64,000 nt of DNA, taken from the NCBI GenBank assembly GCA_016342495.1, contig JAEIOG010000012.1:2832-66831 (forward strand). The letters run 5' to 3'. Shown in pieces: positions 57,154 to 64,000 of this stretch. Position numbers and translations under genes: made by a program. This DNA comes from Phycisphaerae bacterium (lineage in GTDB: Bacteria > Planctomycetota > Phycisphaerae > Sedimentisphaerales > SM23-30). The first letter of the stretch is position 1, and the number at the start of each line of letters is the position of its first letter. The notes below the pieces were generated by a model. It saw nothing but the letters and a program-made list of their open reading frames with translations. It was not told the origin of the DNA and did not search any database.

Positions 57154-58299
57154 TTACTTTTTGGTCTTTTTGCCAGTTTTTTTAGTGGTTTTTGTGGGTG
57201 TTGGCTTAATTTCTTCGATTTCATTGGTATCTTCAACGAGGGATTCCTGAAGTTTAGCCTTACCTTCAATGGGATTTCCTTTGGCATCAATGCCATGGAC
57301 TTCGAGCACTTTAGCTTTGATTTCATTATAGAGATCACGGTTTTCTTTCAGGAAAGCTTTGGCTTTTTCTTTGCCCTGGCCAATCATTAATTCGTTATAG
57401 CGAATAAATGCACCAGCTTTGGAAAGAATACCTTCTTCTACGGCCAAATCAATCAGGTCGCCAGATAAACTGATACCCTCATCAAACATAATATCAATTT
57501 CACATTGGCGGAAAGGCGGGGCGATTTTGTTTTTGACGACACGAACTCGCACATGGTTGCCAATAGGGCCGTTTGCGTCAGTAATTGTGCTAACACGTCG
57601 GACATCGAGTCGGACTGAGCAATAGAATTTTAGTGCGCGGCCACCGGGAGTGGTCTCGGGATTACCAAACATAACACCGATTTTTTCGCGAATCTGATTA
57701 ATAAAGATAAGAGAAGTTCTGCTTTTGGAAATAGCGGCTGTGAGTTTACGCATCGCCTGGCTCATCAAACGAGCCTGGAGTCCAACGTGGGAATCGCCAA
57801 TTTCGCCTCTTAATTCAGCTTCTGGGGTAAGGGCGGCTACTGAATCGACGACAATTGTGTCAACGGCATCGCTTTTTACCAGTAATTCGACAATATTAAG
57901 GGCTTGTTCGCCGCTATCGGGCTGGGAAACGAGCATGGATTCCAGATCAACGCCGATTTTTCTGGCCCAGGTTGGGTCAAGAGCATGTTCGGCATCAATG
58001 AAAGCAGCGACGCCACCAGCTTTTTGGGCTTCAGCGACGATATGTAGAGCCAGGGTGGTCTTACCACTGGATTCTGGGCCAAAAATTTCGACAATTCTGC
58101 CACGGGGAATACCTCTGCCACCTAATGCCAGGTCAAGGGAGAGTGCTCCGGTACTGATACCGGGGACTCTGGCGATACTGGAATCATCCAGATGCATGAT
58201 AGTGCCGGTACCAAATTGTTTTTCGATTTGGGAAAGGGCGTTGTTAAGCGGGGTTCCGCCAGTTATGGGTGCTTCGGTTTTTTTAGTTTTTTTAGCCAT
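57154..58299 (-). CDS. recA: Recombinase RecA (with basic N- and C-terminal extensions)
   Basis: Walker [17 protein letters not shown]; FIDAEHALD; L2-region [28 protein letters not shown]. Confidence 0.95.
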   Translation of the reverse strand: MAKKTKKTEAPITGGTPLNNALSQIEKQFGTGTIMHLDDSSIARVPGISTGALSLDLALGGRGIPRGRIVEIFGPESSGKTTLALHIVAEAQKAGGVAAFIDAEHALDPTWARKIGVDLESMLVSQPDSGEQALNIVELLVKSDAVDTIVVDSVAALTPEAELRGEIGDSHVGLQARLMSQAMRKLTAAISKSRTSLIFINQIREKIGVMFGNPETTPGGRALKFYCSVRLDVRRVSTITDANGPIGNHVRVRVVKNKIAPPFRQCEIDIMFDEGISLSGDLIDLAVEEGILSKAGAFIRYNELMIGQGKEKAKAFLKENRDLYNEIKAKVLEVHGIDAKGNPIEGKAKLQESLVEDTNEIEEIKPTPTKTTKKTGKKTKK

Positions 58300-58770
58300 T
58301 GCCAGCTCCTAAATGATGAAGGATTTTAATGGTAGGTAGATTTTTATTAGTTTAACGATATTTCTTAATAAGCCTAGTATTTTTTTGATTGTCAGTTTAC
58401 TTTAAGTTTTTGTTAGCCCTAACGCTACACTTACAAGGGTTAGGTCTAAGTTAGGTATGAATATATATCGGCAAGAACTGTAGTGCAAGCTTTAATTTAA
58501 AAAATATTTTTAAATTTTAGCTATTTCATGCAATAAATGGCCATCTGATAATTAAATTGAACATGGGCGATGCGGATTAAGAGGGATTTATCAAAAGATT
58601 GAATTTAGGGAACCCTATACTTGACGCTCTAATTCTACAGTAGTATGTGTGGTTTATTTGTCCTTTTGCCAGCTAATGGGTTGGATTATTAATGACAATA
58701 AATCGTGGTTGTGTTATGCTAATATTTTGATAATGTTAAGATAAATTTATTCTGTATTTGAAAGATAGTT

Positions 58771-59511
58771 ATGAAGAAATACCGTTGGCAAATATTTTTG
58801 GGGTTGGCTTTGATGACGGCATCTGCCTTTTTTTATGGGATGCATTATTTGATTTTCAAGGATTCTCATCATATCTGGATTTACCTGGTGGGTGATATTG
58901 CATTTGTACCGATTGAAGTGTTGTTAGTTACGCTGATATTGCATGAGTTGTTAGCTAAGCGTGAAAAAGCCGCAAAGATGAATAAGCTCAATATGGTTAT
59001 AGGCACTTTTTTTAGTGAAGTTGGAACCGAACTGCTGGATATTGTTTCTGAGACTGACCCGAAATCCGGTAAACTAACAGAGGCATTGGAAGTTGATGGC
59101 CATTGGACTGATGGGGATTTTAAGATAGCGCGGGCTAAACTTGCCAAACATGATTATAAAGCAGATATTGGGCGGGGCCAGTTAGGCAGTCTTTGTGTGT
59201 TTATGGTCGCCAGGCGTGAATTTATGGTTTCGCTTTTGGGTAATCCGCTATTATTAGAGCATGATAAATTTACGGATTGTTTGTGGGCGGTGTTTCATCT
59301 GGTTGAGGAGTTGTCAGGTCGCAAGGATTTTACCAAGATTTGTGATAATGATCTGGAGCATATCCGGGGCGATATCAACCGGGCTTATCAGCGAAGTACC
59401 CGCCAGTGGATTGATTATATGCACCATTTGAAAAAAGGATATCCATATTTGTTTTCTTTGGCAATGCGAACTAATCCATTTAATCCGCATAGCGAGATAC
59501 AGGTTGCTTGA
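58771..59511 (+). CDS. Membrane-anchored hypothetical protein
   Basis: 246 aa with two N-terminal TM helices followed by a soluble domain. Confidence 0.5.
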   Translation: MKKYRWQIFLGLALMTASAFFYGMHYLIFKDSHHIWIYLVGDIAFVPIEVLLVTLILHELLAKREKAAKMNKLNMVIGTFFSEVGTELLDIVSETDPKSGKLTEALEVDGHWTDGDFKIARAKLAKHDYKADIGRGQLGSLCVFMVARREFMVSLLGNPLLLEHDKFTDCLWAVFHLVEELSGRKDFTKICDNDLEHIRGDINRAYQRSTRQWIDYMHHLKKGYPYLFSLAMRTNPFNPHSEIQVA

Positions 59512-59565
59512 AAAAGTGTAACATTTATTGAAGATTTGTAGTGAAGTTTTAGAGGGTTATAAGTG

Positions 59566-60126
59566 ATGGCGATTGAGCTGATTGAAACAAAATTGTCAGA
59601 TATGAAAGTTTTTAAACTGGCGATGTATAAGGATGACCGCGGTTTTTTTATGGAAACTTTTAATGCGGATCATTATCGCCAATATGGTGTTGATAAGGTA
59701 TTTGTGCAGGATAATTATTCGCGCTCGGCTAAGGGTGTTATCAGGGGGATGCACTATCAGCTGCCAAAGCCGCAGGGTAAATTAATTCATGTTACAGCGG
59801 GAGAGATACTTGATATTGCTGTAGATATTCGAGTTGGCTCGCCAACGTTTGGACAGTGGGCTTCGGTGGTGATGTCGGCGGAAAATCAGCTGCAGGTCTA
59901 TATCCCTGAAGGTTTTGCCCATGGATTTCATGTGCTCAGTGATACCGCTGATGTGATGTATAAATGTACCAATGTTTACAGCCCTGGTGATGACCGGGGG
60001 ATATTATGGAATGATGATGAAGTTGGGATTGTCTGGGAACTTACAGATGATGTTGTCGTTTCGGATAAGGATAAGGTTAATCCGAGGTTGAGTCAGGTGC
60101 CTGTGAATCAGTTGCCGGTTTATTAG
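59566..60126 (+). CDS. rfbC: dTDP-4-dehydrorhamnose 3,5-epimerase
   Basis: DDRGFFMETF, RGMHYQ, KLIHVTAGEILDIAVDIRVGSPTFGQW, PEGFAHGF. Confidence 0.9.
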   Translation: MAIELIETKLSDMKVFKLAMYKDDRGFFMETFNADHYRQYGVDKVFVQDNYSRSAKGVIRGMHYQLPKPQGKLIHVTAGEILDIAVDIRVGSPTFGQWASVVMSAENQLQVYIPEGFAHGFHVLSDTADVMYKCTNVYSPGDDRGILWNDDEVGIVWELTDDVVVSDKDKVNPRLSQVPVNQLPVY

Positions 60127-60209
60127 CGGGTTGGTGTTAAGAAAAGAACACGAATCGGACGAATTTGTTTCTTTTCTGTTATGCCTTGAGTCGTGGGATT
60201 GCTTGATTT

Positions 60210-61616
60210 TTATCCTAATGCACTTTTTAGTAGTGTGTAGACTGAACCGGCGTTTTCGGTCATGCTGGATAATATTGACATTGTCATTTGTTGTAATAAG
60301 ACTAAGCGGTCATTATTGGCAGCTTCGATGACAAGGTCGGTGTCTTCAAGGTCGCTTAAGGCTGAGGTTAGTTGGGTTTTGGATGCTTCGAAGCTGTTCA
60401 GAACAGAATCTACGGCATAATTCTGGATTGCACCGATTTTGCCGCGACTGAAATTAATCTGGCTTTCAGCTTCAGTTACGATATTTGCTGCCTTGGAAAG
60501 GTTGCCAGAATCTAAATCATTAGCTCCACCGGATTTCAGGCTTGATAGATAACCTAAATCATTTGACCCTAATGATGAAGTTCCCATGTCATTGATGCCC
60601 AGTTCGACTTTACTGGATGCGTCGGTACCCAGGGCAAAACCTGCGCCGCTACCAGAAACAGAAAAGCTTGCCGTGGAGACTGCGACAGAATCATAGAAGC
60701 CATCCTTAAGTGAAATGGTGCCGCTGACATCGCTGGTGCTGACATTGATGCTTTTGCTGGTGGAATCCAGAGTGGCGGTCTGGCCATTAACAGTGATTGT
60801 GGCATCTGTACCGGTATAAGTTGTTGAGCTTTGGCCACCGAAAGTTATATCGCTGCCAGCGGTAACATTTAGGGTGATAGATTCTGAGGCCCCTGCATTA
60901 GCGGATTTAAAAGTTATTGCTCCACCTTCATTTACAGCGGTAACACCAGTATCTCCTACGACAGCCTGGATGCCAGCCTGAACATCAGCCCGGGTATCGC
61001 CAGTTGTAAAGTTGAGGGTTTCGGTACCATCGGGACCGGTTATTTCAATAGTTGCATCTTCAGTTAATGCTACAAAAGCATCAGAAGCGGTTGAAGCGAT
61101 AGTTGCTCCGCTGGCGCTGACGGTTAGCGTGGTGGTGCTTAGGGAATTCGCAGAATTGATGCGTATATCAGATATTTTGTCGGTATCATTATTGGTGGTA
61201 GTATAATCTTTGGAGCCATCGAGAAGTTTTTGTCCCGCAAAATTTGTATTACCAACCAGGGTGTCGATCGCGTCGATGGCCGTATCAATTTCGGCCTGAT
61301 AGGTGCTGATATTGCCGGGGTCGCCAGCGGCGCTAAGGATCGCGGTGTCGATATCGTCAAGCAATGCAGAAATTCCGCTTAGGCCAGCATCGGCGGTATC
61401 CAGGACGGAATTAATGCGTTGGCCATTAGTGCTCATCGCGTCAATTTGGGCTATTTCGGCTTTGAGGTTATTAATTTTGACAATACCGCTGGGGTCATCG
61501 CTGGCACGGTTGATCTTTTTACTGGTCGATATTCTTTCATTGGATAGTTTGATCTGGTTGCCAAGCTTGACTAAATTATTAGTCAATGTCATAAAACTTG
61601 AATTATTCAAAAACAT
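60210..61616 (-). CDS. fliC: Flagellin
   Basis: Start moved to MFLNNSSFMTLTNN (AGGAG RBS). Conserved N-terminal D0/D1 (ERISTSKKINRASDDPSG) and C-terminus (ALSDLEDTDLVIEAANNDRLVLLQQMTMSIL), with a Thr/Ser/Gly-rich variable centre. Confidence 0.85.
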   Translation of the reverse strand: MFLNNSSFMTLTNNLVKLGNQIKLSNERISTSKKINRASDDPSGIVKINNLKAEIAQIDAMSTNGQRINSVLDTADAGLSGISALLDDIDTAILSAAGDPGNISTYQAEIDTAIDAIDTLVGNTNFAGQKLLDGSKDYTTTNNDTDKISDIRINSANSLSTTTLTVSASGATIASTASDAFVALTEDATIEITGPDGTETLNFTTGDTRADVQAGIQAVVGDTGVTAVNEGGAITFKSANAGASESITLNVTAGSDITFGGQSSTTYTGTDATITVNGQTATLDSTSKSINVSTSDVSGTISLKDGFYDSVAVSTASFSVSGSGAGFALGTDASSKVELGINDMGTSSLGSNDLGYLSSLKSGGANDLDSGNLSKAANIVTEAESQINFSRGKIGAIQNYAVDSVLNSFEASKTQLTSALSDLEDTDLVIEAANNDRLVLLQQMTMSILSSMTENAGSVYTLLKSALG

Positions 61617-61665
61617 TTCTATGCTCCTAAAAGCGTTCGTTTGCCCTGGATAAGCAAATAAAAAA

Positions 61666-61688
61666 GGCACCGTCTTTTTAACGATGCC
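61666..61688 (-). terminator. Terminator-like hairpin inside the flagellin 5' leader
   Basis: Minus-strand RNA GGCAUCGU-UAAAAAG-ACGGUGCC followed by U6, about 44 nt upstream of the flagellin ATG. Confidence 0.45.
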
Positions 61689-61938
61689 TCTGGTTGGCTT
61701 GTAATATTTAAACCGCTGATACATGCAAGTACCACAAGTTGGCTATTTTGCTATAAACTTCCATCCTAAACATAAAATGCAAACCGGTCATAAGCAATTG
61801 AACTACAACTTTTGCCAGGGTATTTTCGAGAAAAGATTGAGGTAGAGATGGTTTTGTGCTGGTTGTAACGATTGTTTGCAATATAATTTTATGCTCAATC
61901 TTAGCATAATTACAGATTCGCTTGATTTGCTGTGTGGC

Positions 61939-61962
61939 AGAGACAAGGCATGCCTTGTCTCT
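61939..61962. repeat. Perfect 24-bp palindrome AGAGACAAGGCATGCCTTGTCTCT
   Basis: Read directly from the sequence. It lies in the divergent intergenic region between flagellin and the 62298 gene. Confidence 0.85.
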
Positions 61963-62133
61963 ACGGGTCGGGGAGATGTGAGGCAGGTTTTGCGCGAGGT
62001 GCGTAATAATTGCCGAATGTATGAGCTGAAATTGCATACAACAAAACGGGTTCGATAATTGTAATAATAAATATTGTTTGTTAATCCCTGCATGATAAGG
62101 CTTTACGGTTTCTTGAGATGCGAAAAAAAGTTT

Positions 62134-62149
62134 TGGCATGGTTTTTGCT
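62134..62149 (+). promoter_or_regulatory. Sigma54-type promoter (TGGCAT-N5-TTGCT)
   Basis: tggcat (62134-62139), ggttt, ttgct (62145-62149). GG and GC have canonical spacing. It lies 149 nt upstream of the ATG at 62298. Confidence 0.55.
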
Positions 62150-62297
62150 TTATGCTTAATAGCTGAACATTTTATTGAGTTCAAGGATGAGCTTTTACGA
62201 TGACAGCTGAGCTTGGATATCAGCAGGATGCGGATATTCAGCAGTCAATTTATTTTATGCCAGGGCGGAGTCCTGGTCTTAATGCTTAGGATGAGCT

Positions 62298-64000
62298 ATG
62301 ACAATTAAAAATGGCCAATCTAATGTAGAAGTCCTTTGCGCGCAAGCGTTGAGGTTAGCCGATGCTGTGTCTCGATATTACCGGACGATTTTAGCTGTGA
62401 GTTTGCTGTCTTTGGTTATCGGGGCGGTGTACCTGTCTTTGCAAAAGCCAGAGATGGCAAATGCTGCACGCACTGTGATTACTGAAGTTTCATTTGAGCA
62501 AAATGATTTTTCTAAAGAACTTGAAGAACTTGAAAATCAAAAAGAGCAATATTTGCTGACTCATACACGGCAGCAAAATATCAGTGAAGAGTTGGCCCGG
62601 CAATTGCAGGCCATCGAGGTCGAGGGAGTAAATGAGAAGCTCCAATTGCTTCAAAACACTTTGGAGCAATCAGAAGGGCAGCTGGATAAAGTACAAGAGC
62701 AATACAATAGTGTTAATGAAATATTAGCAGACCCGGTTAAAATTGTTGCTCTGGTCGAAACGCTTAAGGTTCAGGTGGGTTTTGGTGATTTGGTTAAGCA
62801 GCTTGATGAGCAAGAGCAAAAAATTACCGAGCTGGAGAAACAATTAAATCAGATTTATGAAATAAATGCTATTGTCGATGAAAATGAAATTCTTAATGGT
62901 CGGCAAATGCTGGCTTTTCATCAGCTTAAGCTACAAACCATTCAATCTGAAATAGTTATAAAACATCGACAAAAGCTAATTGAGGCGATTTTGGCAGGCC
63001 AATCGCATAATATCAAGCTCCGTAATGAAATATTTGCCATACAGAAGGAAAAAACTGGTATTGATGCTTTAGCAAGTCGGTACGAGTTGGAGCAGGGTAA
63101 ATTGCAGGATTTAAGCGAGGCCCTGGCAATTATTGATAAAAAGATTGATGAGGTTGATAGCAAAGTTCGGGAAATTCAGTTGGCTTCTAATGATATCAAA
63201 TCGGTTATTGTTCCGATTATTCAAAAAAGCAAAAATACCTTTAGAGTTTTATTTTACGCATTAGCACTAGGTTTGGCGGTAGGTATGTCGATGATATTAT
63301 TTCGTCATTGGCGGGGGCGTCGATTGTTCTGTGGTGATAAAATCAATTCGGTTTCAACTTATCCGATTATAGCGACGATTCCTTCGATGCCTGGCCGTGA
63401 GAGTTTTTGGGCACGGGGACTAAAGGTTCATTTCAAACCTCATTCATTTGCTACTGAGGCATTTAAGTCTCTGGGGAAATATCTGAATTCTTCAGCGGGG
63501 TTGATAAATGGTACTCTTGACAATCAGGCCAGCGAACTTATTGAGTTGGCTGGGCGTAATACTTTGGCGGTTTGTTCGCCGGAGCACGGTCAGGGCAGTT
63601 CGACGGTAGCCAGCAATATTGCAATTGCATTAGCTAATGGCCGGCAGCGAACTTTGATTATAGATTGCAATTTGCACAAACCGGAATTGCATAAAATATT
63701 CAAGCTTAAAGTTGGGGCTGGGCTAATTTCGGTTTTAGTTGAGAAGGCTAATGTTAAAAATGTAATTAGTCCAACGATGGTGGATAATCTTTCGGTTTTG
63801 CCATGTGAAATGAATGATGATGCTTCAGTTGATATCAATGCGTTGATCAGTAGCGAACGTTTTAATCGTTTATTAAAGATGCTCAGGGGCCGCTATGACC
63901 GCATAGTGATTGATACGCCTGCGATTAATTATGATAGCGACGCAGTTGTTATTGCTGAACTTTGTGATTGTGCGTTGCTGGTACTCAGGCAGGGCCATAT
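62298..64000 (+). CDS. Polysaccharide co-polymerase / BY-kinase-like protein (partial; runs off the window and is absent from the ORF track)
   Basis: Translated by hand from ATG 62298 with no stop to 64000: MTIKNGQSNVEVLCAQALRLADAV... It has a TM, a coiled-coil region, a second TM (FRVLFYALALGLAVGMSMILF), then SPEHGQGSSTVASNIAIALANGRQRTLIIDCNLHKPELHKIF...YDRIVIDTPAIN. Confidence 0.75.
   Translation, partial: MTIKNGQSNVEVLCAQALRLADAVSRYYRTILAVSLLSLVIGAVYLSLQKPEMANAARTVITEVSFEQNDFSKELEELENQKEQYLLTHTRQQNISEELARQLQAIEVEGVNEKLQLLQNTLEQSEGQLDKVQEQYNSVNEILADPVKIVALVETLKVQVGFGDLVKQLDEQEQKITELEKQLNQIYEINAIVDENEILNGRQMLAFHQLKLQTIQSEIVIKHRQKLIEAILAGQSHNIKLRNEIFAIQKEKTGIDALASRYELEQGKLQDLSEALAIIDKKIDEVDSKVREIQLASNDIKSVIVPIIQKSKNTFRVLFYALALGLAVGMSMILFRHWRGRRLFCGDKINSVSTYPIIATIPSMPGRESFWARGLKVHFKPHSFATEAFKSLGKYLNSSAGLINGTLDNQASELIELAGRNTLAVCSPEHGQGSSTVASNIAIALANGRQRTLIIDCNLHKPELHKIFKLKVGAGLISVLVEKANVKNVISPTMVDNLSVLPCEMNDDASVDINALISSERFNRLLKMLRGRYDRIVIDTPAINYDSDAVVIAELCDCALLVLRQGH

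Noticed and set aside
57725-58312. 195-aa plus-strand ORF, and other ORFs overlapping recA (57419-57625, 57876-58121, 57121-57390, 57144-57338).
   Set aside because: They are antisense or out-of-frame shadows of the unambiguous recA gene, with no independent coding signal.
58300-58770. Looked for a LexA/SOS box (CTGT-N8-ACAG or GAAC-N4-GTTC) upstream of recA.
   Set aside because: Only weak partial matches were found (for example ctacagtagtatgtg), with nothing convincing.
60131-60331. 66-aa plus-strand ORF after rfbC.
   Set aside because: It overlaps the 3' end of the flagellin gene on the opposite strand, and its Cys/Leu/Phe-rich product looks like a frame shadow.
61708-62184. 158-aa minus-strand ORF upstream of flagellin (plus 61803-62093 and 61876-62058).
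   Set aside because: It would read through the 24-bp palindrome and the sigma54 promoter region, has no RBS, has an odd composition, and overlaps the extended flagellin ORF start. It is treated as non-coding regulatory DNA.

Overview
The window has two parts. Roughly 1-30270 looks like a mobile genomic island next to a tRNA-Phe(GAA) gene (30274-30346, minus strand). It carries an excisionase and a tyrosine integrase at the tRNA-proximal end, and a second XerC/D-like recombinase at the left edge, so the far end of the island is probably outside the window. Island cargo includes: (a) a DISARM class-2-like defence operon (DrmE-position gene, DrmA helicase, DrmB/DUF1998) with no PLD-type DrmC, converging on a translationally coupled C5-cytosine methyltransferase/Vsr pair; (b) two more beta-class N4/N6 DNA methyltransferases, one fused to a ParB-like domain; (c) several small unknown proteins; (d) four minus-strand gene cassettes that each carry the same promoter motif; (e) an origin-like intergenic region with three kinds of repeats; (f) a large protein with squalene-cyclase-type QW repeats and a possible DNA-binding tail; (g) a degenerate RuvB-like AAA+ protein; (h) a macro-domain protein; and (i) a secreted LRR/dockerin-like protein. 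From about 30.6 kb to the end the genes look chromosomal: a sigma54 activator, a metallophosphoesterase, yidC, an aldolase-dhaL-dhaK operon, a pentapeptide-repeat protein, polysaccharide co-polymerase/BY-kinase-like genes, AraC/XylR regulators, a GH2 glycosidase, a URO-D family protein, recA, rmlC and flagellin. This part also holds a dispersed hairpin-repeat family, densest at 38.9-43.4 kb among gene fragments. The secreted dockerin-like motifs and gene content suggest a low-GC PVC-type bacterium (Planctomycetota, Lentisphaerota or a relative), but this is a low-confidence guess. No rRNA, CRISPR array, reverse transcriptase or intact IS element was seen. All homology calls are by-eye motif recognition, not database searches.
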